Origin: Candidatus Eiseniibacteriota bacterium
Lineage (GTDB): Bacteria > Eisenbacteria > RBG-16-71-46 > CAIMUX01 > VGJL01
Length of the DNA stretch: 64,000 nucleotides
NCBI GenBank assembly: GCA_041946735.1
Contig: JBHGAY010000021.1
Location: forward strand, 30,505 to 94,504
Reading direction: 5' to 3'
The notes beneath the pieces are model-generated. The model had not been told where the DNA came from, ran no database searches, and saw only the letters and a program-made list of their open reading frames with translations. This document shows, one piece after another, positions 39,494 to 49,837 of the stretch; position 1 is the first letter of the stretch, and every line of letters starts with the position of its first letter. Both the position numbers and the translations under genes were made by a program.

Positions 39494-40069
39494 GATGCGT
39501 CACTCCCGCCCCTCGACTCGTGCCCAAGCGACGGCGGAGAGCGGGAGATCCTTCTCCCGTACCCGCCATGACTCGACCCCCAATCACCCGAAGCTGTCGC
39601 GAACCCCTTCCGGCCGAATCACGGCGGAGAGAGACGAACGTTCTTGAACATTCAAGAGCAGTGTGTGGACAGCGTCGAATCGAACCGGATCGAAGAAAGT
39701 GCAGAATGTCCGTGCCGGAGACGCCGGGGAGCGCGGAGGATCGAGAGAGGTCCGCGAAGCGGAGATGGTCGGCCGAATCCAAGCGGCGGTGGTCCGGGCG
39801 CAAGAAGTCCTCCCTGCGGCGATACCCGACCGGTGATCCCGCCGGAAACGGCGGGAAAGCATGGTTTCGAAGTCGACGCTCCAATCGGACGGGCGCGGCA
39901 CTCACCAGGAACGCTCGCGATGGCGGCCCCCCGCAGCGAACCCGAGAGCTGTTCGTCACGGGAGCGTCGATCTGGAACGTAAATGCAAGGCGGATCTGGC
40001 GCAACAGATTTCTTACGCTTTTTTAATTCTTCGTCCGAACGGAACTTCGAATGTGCAATATCCGACGCA

Positions 40070-40759
40070 TTACCGCAGAAGATTCGATGCGCGGAAGGAA
40101 TAGAACCGGCCGTCGCCGAGCACCACATGGTCGACGACCGGGATTCCGACGAGGTCTCCGACCTCCGCGAGCCGGATCGTGATCTGGATGTCGTCGTCGC
40201 TCGGTGTCGGATCGCCCGACGGATGGTTGTGAACGAGGATGAGAGAAGCGGCGGCGTCGATGATCGCATTGCGGAAGACTTCGCGCGGATGGACGAGGCT
40301 CGCGCCCAAGCTCCCGATCGAGACGACCTCCTCTCCGACGACCACGTGCCGCGTGTTGAGGTGCAACGCGAGGAAGTGTTCCTTGCGCAGGACGGAGTAC
40401 GGGCGGCAACGATCCTGCACGTCTTCCGGGCCGCGGATGGGGCGGTCGGCGGGGAGCGGACGGCAAAAAACCCGCCGGCCGATCTCGACGGCGGCCAGCA
40501 GCCGGCACGCCTGGCGGGGGGCGAGGGCGGTCAGGGCGGCGCGCGCGGCCTGCGCTTCCTGCGCGAGGAGCGGGAGGCCGCCGTCTTCCAGCAGGCGCGA
40601 GGCGACGTCGCGGATTCGCCGCCCCTTCCGTCCGCCGTCGAGCAGGACCAGGAGCAGATCGAGATCGCTCGTCGTGTTCGGTCCTGCGCAGAGGATCTGC
40701 TCGCGCACGAGAGGCTCGGAACGATGCGGAGTTCTCGCGGAGTACAGCTCTCGCGTCAC
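40070..40759 (-). CDS. radC: RadC/JAB-domain protein
   Basis: AAVEIGRR, KEHFLALHLNTR, VHPREVF, ILVHNHPSGDPTPSDDD, DHVVLG; GTG start after GGAGGAG. Confidence 0.93.
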   Translation of the reverse strand: MTRELYSARTPHRSEPLVREQILCAGPNTTSDLDLLLVLLDGGRKGRRIRDVASRLLEDGGLPLLAQEAQAARAALTALAPRQACRLLAAVEIGRRVFCRPLPADRPIRGPEDVQDRCRPYSVLRKEHFLALHLNTRHVVVGEEVVSIGSLGASLVHPREVFRNAIIDAAASLILVHNHPSGDPTPSDDDIQITIRLAEVGDLVGIPVVDHVVLGDGRFYSFRASNLLR

Positions 40760-40896
40760 CGGCTCCTCCCGGCCCTCCAGCCTGGAGGGTCCGGAGGGGT
40801 GCGGGATGCAAGTGCCGTGCCTCCGGCGCGGCGCAGGAGGCGCAGGAGGCGCGCGCGAGCGGCGGGGCGAGTGACGCCAGCGGCGCGTCGGCCCGA

Positions 40897-41880
40897 TCAG
40901 CTCGTCGTCGTCGCGCGGTCCTCCTCGTCCTCGTCCGCGTCCGCGTCCGCGACCGCGTCTGCGTCGACCTGGATCAGGCCGGTGGCGAAGGCCTCGGGAT
41001 CGAATGGCTCGAGGTCCTCGATCCCCTCTCCCGTGCCGACGTAACGGACGGGGAGCTTCGTCTTGCGTGCGATCGCGAGGATCACTCCCCCTTTCGCCGT
41101 CCCGTCGACCTTCGCGAGGACGAGGCCGGTGACGCCGGCCGCCTCGAGGAATGAGCTGGCCTGCGCGAGGCCGTTCTGCCCGACCGTCGCATCGAGGACG
41201 AGCAGCACCTCGTGGGGAGCGCCCTCCTCGGCCTTGCCGACCACCCGATGGATCTTCTTCAGCTCGTCCATCAGGTTCCCCTTCGCGTGCAGGCGTCCGG
41301 CCGTATCGACGATGACGGCGTCGACGGCGCGGGCGACGCCCGCCTGGACGCCATCGAACGCGACCGAGGCCGGGTCCGCGCCGGCGGCGGAGCGCACGAT
41401 GTCGGCTCCGGCGCGCTTCGCCCAGATCGCAAGCTGCTCGCATGCAGCGGCACGGAAGGTGTCGGCCGCGACGATCAGCACGCTGGAGCCGGCCTGCCGG
41501 TATCGATACGCGAGCTTGCCGATCGTCGTCGTCTTGCCGACGCCGTTGACCCCGCAGACCAGCACGACGCGCGGGCCGCGGGGCGAGGGAGACGGCTCGG
41601 CCGCCGCGCTGCCGCGAAGGGCCTCCGCGACGATCTCGCGCAACAAGCCGGGGATCTCGGCGCTCGACTCGATTCGTCCCTTCTTGATCCGCTCCTTCAG
41701 CTCGTCGAGCACCCCTTCGGCCGCCTCGGGGCCGACGTCGCCGCGGAGCAGAACCTCCTCCAGCGCGTCGTACAGCTCGGGCGTGATCTTCGGTTGCGCG
41801 CGCACCGCTTGCTGGATCCCCTCGGCGACCACCTGGCGGGTCTTGCGAAGGCTGTCGGCGATCTTGCGGAACAGGCCCAT
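40897..41880 (-). CDS. ftsY: Signal recognition particle receptor FtsY
   Basis: GVNGVGKTTTIGKLA, DTFRAAA, DTAGRLH, KVDGTAKGG, GTGEGIEDL. Confidence 0.98.
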   Translation of the reverse strand: MGLFRKIADSLRKTRQVVAEGIQQAVRAQPKITPELYDALEEVLLRGDVGPEAAEGVLDELKERIKKGRIESSAEIPGLLREIVAEALRGSAAAEPSPSPRGPRVVLVCGVNGVGKTTTIGKLAYRYRQAGSSVLIVAADTFRAAACEQLAIWAKRAGADIVRSAAGADPASVAFDGVQAGVARAVDAVIVDTAGRLHAKGNLMDELKKIHRVVGKAEEGAPHEVLLVLDATVGQNGLAQASSFLEAAGVTGLVLAKVDGTAKGGVILAIARKTKLPVRYVGTGEGIEDLEPFDPEAFATGLIQVDADAVADADADEDEEDRATTTS

Positions 41881-41886
41881 CCGTCG

Positions 41887-42660
41887 TTACTCCTCTCTCT
41901 CTCCGACGACCCCTCCGACGACGGTGCCGCTCGCATACGCGTGCGCCCCGCCGGGGCCATCGAGCACGATTTCACCGGCGGGACCGAGGCCGGTCGCTCG
42001 TCCCGAAACCCGAGTCCCATCGGGGAGCTCGAGCGCGACCTCCCGGCCGCGCTGGCAGCATGCCTCCCAGGCGTCGCGCAGCGTCTCTCCGGGGCCCGCC
42101 TGCTCGAACCGATCGAGCCGGTCCCCGAGGGACGGCAGGAACAGGCGCAGGAACTCCTCCACGCCGACGGGCGACGCGCCTCGCCGCCGCCGCTCCATCG
42201 CGAGCGAGGTCGCGACGGATCGGAGGGCCGGCTCGAAGTCCTTCCTGTCCTGCATCAGGTCGACGCCGATGCCGATCAACGCGGCGCCCGATTCCACGTC
42301 GGCGAGGATGCCCGCCACCTTCCTTCCCCCGAGCAGAACATCGTTCGGCCACTTGAGAGCCGGATCTTCGCCGAGCCAGCGGAGCGCGCCGGCGACCGCC
42401 ATGGCGGCGATCGCGGTGAGCGCCGGCCATTCGCGCGGGGGCCGCGCGGAGCGGTGGATCAACGTGCACCAGAGGCCCCGGTCGGCGGGAGAGGACCAGA
42501 CGCGCCCGCCCCGCCCGCGTCCCGCCGCCTGCGAGCGCGCCACGACGAGCGTGCCCGGCGCGGGATCGGAGGCGAGGAGCGCGCGCGCCTCCTCCTGCGT
42601 TGAGCCGACCGCATCGTAGCGGAGGACGCGGAAGCGCCGGTCGAAGCCGGGATCAATCAT
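41887..42660 (-). CDS. birA: Biotin--[acetyl-CoA carboxylase] ligase (no HTH domain)
   Basis: GSTQ, QAAGRGRGGRVWSSP, LKWPNDV, KVAGIL, IGIGVD. Confidence 0.93.
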   Translation of the reverse strand: MIDPGFDRRFRVLRYDAVGSTQEEARALLASDPAPGTLVVARSQAAGRGRGGRVWSSPADRGLWCTLIHRSARPPREWPALTAIAAMAVAGALRWLGEDPALKWPNDVLLGGRKVAGILADVESGAALIGIGVDLMQDRKDFEPALRSVATSLAMERRRRGASPVGVEEFLRLFLPSLGDRLDRFEQAGPGETLRDAWEACCQRGREVALELPDGTRVSGRATGLGPAGEIVLDGPGGAHAYASGTVVGGVVGEREE

Positions 42661-43655
42661 CCGGCGGCCGGACCTTCGCCGCCCAGGACGAGGTCGAGCC
42701 CGAGGTCGAGAGCAGGAGCCGAATGGGTGATCCGGCCGATCGAGACGAAGTCGATGTCGAGATCGGCGTAGCTCGCGATCGAGCTGAGTTCGAGGCGGCC
42801 TGACACCTCGATCTGCGTGCGCGGATCGCCCGGCCGCTTCGTCCCCGGGATCCAGCGCCACTCCGGGTCGGCTGGCGCGCCGGCGGCGGCGACGCGAGTC
42901 GCGTCGATCTCGCGGATCGCCCGCACGCATTCGCGCACCCGCTCGGGCGACATGTTGTCGAGGAGGATTCGCCCCGCATCGGCGATCGCCGCCTCGCGCG
43001 CCTCCTCGAGGTTCCGCGCCTCGATGATCACCGGCACGCCCGGGGAGGAGCGCCGCACCGCTTCCGCCGCCTTCGCGATCCCTCCCGCCGCGTCGATATG
43101 GTTGTCCTTGATCATGATCGCGTCGTAGAGGCCGAGACGGTGGTTCGTGCCGCCGCCATGGAGGACCGCCTCCTTCTCGAGCAGGCGCAGCCCCGGCGTG
43201 GTCTTGCGGGTGTCGGAGAGGCGAACGCGCGCGTCGGGTCCGCCGAGCGCATCGACGCAGGCGCGCGTGGCGGTGGCGACACCGGAGAGATGCTGCAGGA
43301 AGTTCAGCGCCGAGCGCTCCGCCGTGAGCAGCGATCGCGCCGCCCCGCGCGCCCGCAGGATCTCATCCCCCGCGGCGAACCGGCTCCCCGGCTCGACGAG
43401 CGTCTCGACCTCGACGTCCGCGTCGACGGCGCGGAACACGGAGATCGCGGCGCCGAGGCCGCTCAGCACCCCGGGCTCGCGCGCGCGGATCGTCGCCGTG
43501 GCGCGCGCGCCCTCCGGGACCGCGGCGGCGCTCACATCCCCCTCGCCGACGTCCTCGAGAAGCGCCAGGCGCGCGAGCGCTCGCTCCACGACCTCGAGCC
43601 CCGCCTCCGGGGGCCCGTCCTTCCCGGCCATGGCCATCTCGTCCGTTTCGCCCAT
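42657..43655 (-). CDS. nadC: Quinolinate phosphoribosyltransferase
   Basis: LEDVGEGD, ERSALNFLQHLSGVAT, DTRKTTPGLR, HRLGLYDAIMIKDNH, ILLDN, THSAPALD; only the 3' end of the 2398-aa track ORF is coding. Confidence 0.96.
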   Translation of the reverse strand: MGETDEMAMAGKDGPPEAGLEVVERALARLALLEDVGEGDVSAAAVPEGARATATIRAREPGVLSGLGAAISVFRAVDADVEVETLVEPGSRFAAGDEILRARGAARSLLTAERSALNFLQHLSGVATATRACVDALGGPDARVRLSDTRKTTPGLRLLEKEAVLHGGGTNHRLGLYDAIMIKDNHIDAAGGIAKAAEAVRRSSPGVPVIIEARNLEEAREAAIADAGRILLDNMSPERVRECVRAIREIDATRVAAAGAPADPEWRWIPGTKRPGDPRTQIEVSGRLELSSIASYADLDIDFVSIGRITHSAPALDLGLDLVLGGEGPAAG

Positions 43656-45628
43656 CAGATCAACCCCTGGATCTCGAGGATCCTGTCGCGGATCGAAGCG
43701 GCCCGCTCGTATTCGAGGCGATCGGCCGCCGCCTTCATCTCGTCGGTGAGCATCTTCACCATTTCCTCCTGGGACATCGCGGACGGGTCGATCGCGACCG
43801 GCTCGGGCGCCGGACGCGAGGAGTCGGCGACCGCCGTCTGCATCAGGATCTCGTCGATCGTCTTCTCGATCGTCTTCGGCGTGATGTGATGCTCCTCGTT
43901 GTAGGCGATCTGCTTCGCGCGGCGGCGCGAGGTCTCGCGCAGGGCGGCCTCCATCGATGGGGTCTCCTTCTCGGCGTAGAGGACGACGAGGCCGGAGACG
44001 TTGCGCGCGGCCCGCCCGGCGGTCTGGATCAGCGAGCGCTGCGACCGCAGGAACCCTTCCTTGTCGGCGTCGAGGATCGCGACGAGCGTGACCTCCGGAA
44101 GATCGAGCCCCTCGCGGAGCAGGTTGATCCCGACGAGCACGTCGAACTTGCCCAGACGCAGCCCGCGCAGCAGCTCCATCCGCTCGATCGCGTTCACGTC
44201 GGAGTGGATGTAGCGGACGCGGACGCCGGCGTCGACGAGATAGTCGGTCAGGTCTTCCGCCATCCTCTTCGTGAGCGTCGTGACCAGCACGCGCTCCTGG
44301 CGCGCCGTGCGCTTGCGGATCTCCTCGAGCAGGTCGTCGATCTGTCCCGCGACCGGCCGCACCTGGATCTCCGGATCGACCAGGCCCGTCGGCCGGATCA
44401 CCTGCTCGACGACGACGCCGCCCGACTTCGCCAGCTCGTAGTCGGCCGGCGTCGCGCTGACGAAGACGATGTCGCCGGCCATCCTCTCCCACTCGTCGAA
44501 GCGGAGCGGGCGGTTGTCGAGAGCGGAGGGAAGCCGGAAGCCGTGCTCGACGAGCGTGGTCTTGCGCGAGCGGTCGCCTTCGTACATCCCGCCGACCTGC
44601 GGGACGGTGACGTGGCTTTCGTCGACGAAGGTGAGGTAGTCCTCCGGGAAGTAGTCGAGGAGGCAGGTCGGGCGCGAGCCGGCCGGTCGCCCGGCGAGGT
44701 GGCGGGAGTAGTTCTCGATCCCGTTGCAGAATCCCATCTCGCGCAGCATCTCGAGATCGAAGCGGGTCCGCATGCGCAGGCGTTGCGCCTCGAGGAGCTT
44801 CCCCTGCCGGTGCAGCTCGGCCAGGCGGTCCTCCAGCTCCGCCTCGATCCCCTCGACCGCCCGCGCCAGCCGCTCGCGCGGCGTCGCGAAGTGCGAGGCG
44901 GGGAAGATCGAGACCGCGTCCTCCCGGCGCTTCACCTTCCCGGTCAGGGGATCGAAGGCGCTGAGCCGCTCGACCGTGTCGCCGAAAAGCTCGATCCGCA
45001 CCCCCTCCTCCTCGTGCGACGGGAAGACCTCGATCACGTCGCCGCGCGCGCGGAAGCGCCCGCGCGAGAACTCGACGTCGTTGCGCGCGTACTGGATCTG
45101 CACGAGCTTCTCGAGGATCCTCTCGCGCGCCACCTCCTGCCCGACCCGAAGCCGGACCGTCTGGCCGAGGAAATCCTCCGGGGCGCCGAGCCCGTAGATG
45201 CAGGAGACCGAGGCGACGATGATCACGTCGCGCCGGGACAGCAGCACCGAGGTCGCGTGCAGGCGCAGCCGGTCGATCTCCTCGTTGATCGACGCGTCCT
45301 TCTCGATGTACGTGTCGGTCGACGGGACGTAGGCCTCGGGCTGGTAGTAGTCGTAGTAGGAGACGAAGTAGCCGACGGCGTTGTCGGGGAAGAAGGCGCG
45401 GAACTCGCCGTAGAGCTGCGCGGCGAGCGTCTTGTTGTGCGAGAGGATCAGCGCCGGACGGTTCGCGCGGGCGATGACGTTCGCCATCGTGAACGTTTTG
45501 CCCGAGCCGGTGACGCCGAGCAGCGTCTGGTAGCGCTCCCCGGCCTCGAGGCCGGCGACGAGCCGGTCGATCGCCTCGGGCTGGTCGCCACGGGGGGTGT
45601 ACTTCGAGACGAGACGGAAACGGTCCAT
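43655..45628 (-). CDS. uvrB: Excinuclease ABC subunit B
   Basis: [53 protein letters not shown]-terminal UVR domain. Confidence 0.99.
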   Translation of the reverse strand: MDRFRLVSKYTPRGDQPEAIDRLVAGLEAGERYQTLLGVTGSGKTFTMANVIARANRPALILSHNKTLAAQLYGEFRAFFPDNAVGYFVSYYDYYQPEAYVPSTDTYIEKDASINEEIDRLRLHATSVLLSRRDVIIVASVSCIYGLGAPEDFLGQTVRLRVGQEVARERILEKLVQIQYARNDVEFSRGRFRARGDVIEVFPSHEEEGVRIELFGDTVERLSAFDPLTGKVKRREDAVSIFPASHFATPRERLARAVEGIEAELEDRLAELHRQGKLLEAQRLRMRTRFDLEMLREMGFCNGIENYSRHLAGRPAGSRPTCLLDYFPEDYLTFVDESHVTVPQVGGMYEGDRSRKTTLVEHGFRLPSALDNRPLRFDEWERMAGDIVFVSATPADYELAKSGGVVVEQVIRPTGLVDPEIQVRPVAGQIDDLLEEIRKRTARQERVLVTTLTKRMAEDLTDYLVDAGVRVRYIHSDVNAIERMELLRGLRLGKFDVLVGINLLREGLDLPEVTLVAILDADKEGFLRSQRSLIQTAGRAARNVSGLVVLYAEKETPSMEAALRETSRRRAKQIAYNEEHHITPKTIEKTIDEILMQTAVADSSRPAPEPVAIDPSAMSQEEMVKMLTDEMKAAADRLEYERAASIRDRILEIQGLI

Positions 45629-45635
45629 GGAGCGG

Positions 45636-45641
45636 AGTATA
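45636..45641 (-). promoter_or_regulatory. -10 box of a putative leaderless uvrB promoter
   Basis: TATACT-N7-ATG, no SD. Confidence 0.55.
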
Positions 45642-45673
45642 ACCCGCGCGCCATGGACCGGGATCCGCGTGTC

Positions 45674-47020
45674 TCAGTATCCGGAGCGGACCGTGTAGGT
45701 CAGCGTCACCTCGGCGTCGGCGCCCACGTCGATCGACCATTCCGCCGTGTTCGCGTCCTTCTTCTCGCTCGGATGCGAGGACGCCACGATCCGCCAGTCG
45801 CCCCAGAACCGGTCCTCGACGTGGATCGTGACCGGCTCCGTCTTCCGGTTGCGGAGCTTGACCTGGTAGGACTGCTCCCACACCCGGTCGGAGATCTGGC
45901 GCCGGTCGGTCATCGTCCGCTCCGCGACGACGTCGAACGCGTTGCCGAGCCCCAGGCGCACCTTCTCGTTGCGCGGCGTGTGGTCGATCCGGTCCTCGCC
46001 GACGAACTGCTGCCCGCCGCGCGAATCGCGCTTGTAGGTGCGGACGGTCCCGGCCGGCAGCGGCATCCCGAGCCCCTTCGCCTCGCTGTTCTCGAACTCG
46101 AGCACGATCCGGACGTGCTTGTCGTCGCGCCACGGCTGGTACTCGTAGGACTTCGTCACCGGCGTCGTCGTCGGCTCGAAGAGCGCGATCTGCTTCGTCT
46201 CGCGGTCGCGCACCGTCGTCGGGCGCGGGAGCGTGTAGAGGTGGTACTCGAAGAACGACTCCTCCTGGAACTCGTTCGCTCCCTTCGCCCGCGCAATCGG
46301 CATGTCGGCCATCGGGCGCGGCGGCGGCTGCGGCTGCACGCGGTTCACCTCTCCGGCGATCAGCTGCAGGCGCGCGTCGGGGTAGCTCGCGCCGCTCCGG
46401 TTGTCGACGCTCACCCAGGCAGCCAGATCGGCGCGCGTGTCGTCCTCGTTCGTCAGCGCGACGTACTCCGCGTGCCAGGAGACGCCGGTCGTCAGGTACG
46501 ACATCTCGACCGGCTGGCGTCGCCCCGGCCCGCCGTCGATCTCCCAGACGAGCGTCGGCCTCGTGATGAGCCCCTCCGGCAGCTTCGGCATGCGGATGTC
46601 GGTCACCTTCTCGCGCTGGAGCATCGACAGCCCTCGCTCCTCCTGCAGCACGAGGTGCTCGGAGGTGAAGGAGAGCAGCGTCCCGTCGTGCAGCTCTCCC
46701 CCTTCGAGAACCGCCTGCACCGGCTGGTCGATGTAGCTCTCGAGCAGCCGGTCCGCGCTCGCGATGTCGTAGCGGAAGTTCTGCTCCAGGACGGTGAACG
46801 GCGTCTGCTCGCCGAGCCCGCCGAGATGGACCGACGTCGGATCGATCTGCGCCGCGACGTCGACGACCGTGATCGTCCCGCGTCCCGACGGCAGGTCGAT
46901 CTCCCGCACGTCCCGCACGAGCCCGAGATCGTTGTTGTAGACGGTCAGCTGCAGTTCCCGCGCCCCGCCCGTCGCGATGCTCATGAGGAGGCCTCCCAGG
47001 CAGAGGATCCAGGTACGCAT
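45674..47020 (-). CDS. Exported DUF4139-domain protein
   Basis: Signal peptide; LTVYNNDLGLVRD, VLEQNFRYD, SYLTTGVSWHAEY, YHLYTLPRPTT, GMPLPAGTVR, LGNAFDV. Confidence 0.85.
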   Translation of the reverse strand: MRTWILCLGGLLMSIATGGARELQLTVYNNDLGLVRDVREIDLPSGRGTITVVDVAAQIDPTSVHLGGLGEQTPFTVLEQNFRYDIASADRLLESYIDQPVQAVLEGGELHDGTLLSFTSEHLVLQEERGLSMLQREKVTDIRMPKLPEGLITRPTLVWEIDGGPGRRQPVEMSYLTTGVSWHAEYVALTNEDDTRADLAAWVSVDNRSGASYPDARLQLIAGEVNRVQPQPPPRPMADMPIARAKGANEFQEESFFEYHLYTLPRPTTVRDRETKQIALFEPTTTPVTKSYEYQPWRDDKHVRIVLEFENSEAKGLGMPLPAGTVRTYKRDSRGGQQFVGEDRIDHTPRNEKVRLGLGNAFDVVAERTMTDRRQISDRVWEQSYQVKLRNRKTEPVTIHVEDRFWGDWRIVASSHPSEKKDANTAEWSIDVGADAEVTLTYTVRSGY

Positions 47021-47101
47021 CCCTTCCCCCTTTCCCTGTCCCGATCCGTTCGCGCGCAGGCAGCGCCGCCTGCGCGCAGGTCGCGCCCGCGCGCGGCCAG
47101 G

Positions 47102-49762
47102 CTACTGCAGAGCGCCGAGAGCGGCCTGCAGCTTCTCGAGCGAGCCTTCGAGGGCGTGGAGCTTCTCGCGCTCCGCGTCGACGACCTCCGGCTTCGCCTT
47201 CTCGAGGAAGTCCTGATTGGAGAGCTTGCGATGCGCCGCCGCGAGGAGCTTCTCCGTCTTCTCCAGCTCGCGCGTCAGGCGCTGCCGCTCCACGTCGAGG
47301 TCGATGATCCCTTCCAGATGGACGAACACCTCGGCGCCGGCGACCACCGCCGAAGCCGCATGCGCCGGCTTGGCGATCGACTCGGCGACCGTCAGGCGGG
47401 CGACGCGCGCGAGCGCGCGCAGGACCGCCTCCTGCTCCCGGGCGACCTTGCCGGCGAGCCCGCTCGCGCGGATCGTCACGTCCGCCTCGCGTCCCGGCGG
47501 GACGTTCATCTCGCTGCGCAGATTGCGGATCGATGTGACGATCGCTCGCAGCGCCTCGAACTCCTCCTCCGCCTGCGGGTCGTCCCGGTACTCGCTCGCC
47601 TTCGGCCAGGAGGAGACGATCAGCAGGTCCCGGCCGAGCGGCAGGTGGGAGGCGATCTCCTCCGTCAGAAACGGCATCAAGGGATGGAGCAGCCGCAGGA
47701 TCGCGTCGAGTCCGGCGAGGATCCCCTCGCGCGCCTCGCGCGCCCCGGCGCCGCCGGCGGCGATCCGCACCTTCGCCGTCTCGAGGTACCAGTCGCAGTA
47801 GTCGTTCCAGGCGAAGGCATAGACGCCGCGCGCCACGTCGTTCAGGCGCATCTCCTCGAGGCTCGTCTCCAGCTCGGCGCAGGTCGCGCGCAGCCGGCTC
47901 GACAGCCAGCGGTCGGCGAGGTCGGAGCCGGCGAGCGCGGCGCGCAACGTCCCCGCCTCTTTGGTCCCCTTGGTCCCTTCGGTCCCCTCGATCCCCTCGA
48001 GATTCATCTGCGCGAAGCGGGCGGCGTTCCAGAGCTTGTTCGCGAAGTTGCGCCCCACCTCGATCTTCTTCTCGCCGAAGAGGACGTCGGTGCCGGTCGG
48101 GGTGAGCATCAGCATGGTGAAGCGGATCGCGTCGGCGCCGTACTTCTCGATCAGGTCGATCGGATCGGGGGAGTTGCCGAGCGACTTCGACATCTTCCGT
48201 CCCTGCTCGTCGCGAACGAGACCATGCAGGTGGACGGTGTGGAACGGCTCCTTCCCCATGAACTCGCAGCCCGCCATCACCATCCTCGCCACCCAGAAGA
48301 AGAGGATGTCGGGGCCGGTGACGAGGACGTCGGTCGGGTAGAAGTCGCGCAGGTCGTCGGTCTTCTGCGGCCAGCCGAGCGTCGAGAAGGGCCAAAGCCA
48401 CGAGGAGAACCACGTGTCGAGGACGTCCTCGTCCTGGCGCCACTTCGTCGATCCGCATTGCGGGCAGGGCCGCTCCTGACCGCCGGTGACGACCATGTGC
48501 CCGTTCTCGTCGTACCAGACCGGGATCCGGTGCCCCCACCAGAGCTGCCGGCTGATGCACCAGTCGCGGATGTTCTCGAGCCAGTGGTAGTAGACCTTCT
48601 CCCACCGCTCGGGGACGAAACGGACCTTCCCCGATCGCGCCGCCTCGAGCGCCGGCGCGGCGAGCGGCTTCATCTTCACGAACCACTGCGTCGAGATGGA
48701 CGGCTCGACGACCGTCCCGCAGCGATAGCAGGTGCCGACGGAGTGGCGGTACGGCTCCACCTTTTCGAGCAGACCGCTGCCGCGCAGCTCCTCGACGACC
48801 TTCTCGCGGCACTCGAGGCGGTCCATCCCGGCATACGGGCCGGCCGCTTCCGTCATGCGGCCGTAGCGATCGATCACCGAGATCACCGGCAGCCCGTGGC
48901 GCGCCCCGAGGTCGAAGTCGTTCGGATCGTGTCCCGGCGTCACCTTCACGGCCCCGGTGCCGAACTCGCGGTCGACCATCGTGTCGGCGACGAGCGGAAT
49001 CTCGCGCAGGAGGATCGGAAGGATCAGCGTCCGGCCGACGAGCGGCTCGTAGCGCGGATCGTCCGGATGGACGGCGACAGCGGTATCGCCGAGCATCGTC
49101 TCGGGGCGGGTCGTCGCGACCATCACCGAGCGGTCGAGCCCCTTGACCGGGTACTTGACGTAGTAGAGATGGTCGTCGCGCTCCTCGTACTCGACCTCCT
49201 CGTCGGAGATCGCCGTCTGGCAGCCGATGCACCAGTTGACGAGATATTCGCCGCGGTAGATCAGCCCCTTCTCGTAGAGCCGGCGGAACACCTCCACGAC
49301 CGCCGCGGAGAGCCCGGGATCGAGCGTGAACCGTTCGCGCTCCCAATCGCACGAGACGCCGAGGAGGCGGAGCTGGCGGATGATCTTGCCGCCGAAGCTC
49401 TCCTTCCACTTCCAGACCTCGGCAAGGAACGCCTCGCGCCCCATCTCGGGCGAAGAGATGCCGCGCGATTCGAGGTCCCGCTTGACGACGTTCTGCGTCG
49501 CGATCCCCGCGTGGTCGGTCCCGGGGAGCCAGAGCGTGCGATAGCCCTGCATCCGCTTCCAGCGGATCAGCACATCCTGGATCGTGTTGTTCAACACGTG
49601 ACCCATGTGCAGCGCGCCGGTCACGTTGGGAGGCGGGATGACGATGGTGAACGTCTCGACCTCCGGGCCGCCGCGCGGGCGGAAGCAGCCCTGCTGCTCC
49701 CACCGCTCGTACCAGCGGGCTTCGAAGCTCTTCGGGTCGTAGACCTTCGCCATCTCGGACAT
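47102..49762 (-). CDS. valS: Valyl-tRNA synthetase
   Basis: PPPNVTGALHMGH, DHAGIATQ, DWCISRQLWWGH, KMSKS, C-terminal coiled coil. Confidence 0.99.
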   Translation of the reverse strand: MSEMAKVYDPKSFEARWYERWEQQGCFRPRGGPEVETFTIVIPPPNVTGALHMGHVLNNTIQDVLIRWKRMQGYRTLWLPGTDHAGIATQNVVKRDLESRGISSPEMGREAFLAEVWKWKESFGGKIIRQLRLLGVSCDWERERFTLDPGLSAAVVEVFRRLYEKGLIYRGEYLVNWCIGCQTAISDEEVEYEERDDHLYYVKYPVKGLDRSVMVATTRPETMLGDTAVAVHPDDPRYEPLVGRTLILPILLREIPLVADTMVDREFGTGAVKVTPGHDPNDFDLGARHGLPVISVIDRYGRMTEAAGPYAGMDRLECREKVVEELRGSGLLEKVEPYRHSVGTCYRCGTVVEPSISTQWFVKMKPLAAPALEAARSGKVRFVPERWEKVYYHWLENIRDWCISRQLWWGHRIPVWYDENGHMVVTGGQERPCPQCGSTKWRQDEDVLDTWFSSWLWPFSTLGWPQKTDDLRDFYPTDVLVTGPDILFFWVARMVMAGCEFMGKEPFHTVHLHGLVRDEQGRKMSKSLGNSPDPIDLIEKYGADAIRFTMLMLTPTGTDVLFGEKKIEVGRNFANKLWNAARFAQMNLEGIEGTEGTKGTKEAGTLRAALAGSDLADRWLSSRLRATCAELETSLEEMRLNDVARGVYAFAWNDYCDWYLETAKVRIAAGGAGAREAREGILAGLDAILRLLHPLMPFLTEEIASHLPLGRDLLIVSSWPKASEYRDDPQAEEEFEALRAIVTSIRNLRSEMNVPPGREADVTIRASGLAGKVAREQEAVLRALARVARLTVAESIAKPAHAASAVVAGAEVFVHLEGIIDLDVERQRLTRELEKTEKLLAAAHRKLSNQDFLEKAKPEVVDAEREKLHALEGSLEKLQAALGALQ

Positions 49763-49807
49763 GCTGCCTCCTAATCCGGTCGCGACCATGCGCCCGATGG
49801 AGAGGTG

Positions 49808-49837
49808 AGGCTACCAGCCGGCCGCGGGCAGGGTCAA
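49808..49837 (-). promoter_or_regulatory. Putative sigma70 promoter of valS
   Basis: TTGACC-N18-TAGCCT. Confidence 0.55.

Noticed and set aside
39820..39870. GAAA-tetraloop hairpin as a c-di-GMP-I riboswitch
   Set aside because: It lacks the flanking GCAAA/GACGCAAAG context and the second stem, and it lies on the strand opposite the downstream gene.
39973..39987. TGGAACGTAAATGCA as a sigma54 promoter
   Set aside because: The GG-to-GC spacing is 9 nt rather than the required 10, and no plus-strand gene follows.
40070..40759. radC as a marker of a mobile element
   Set aside because: It is the long chromosomal-type form next to ftsY, with no integrase, transposase or att-like repeats nearby.
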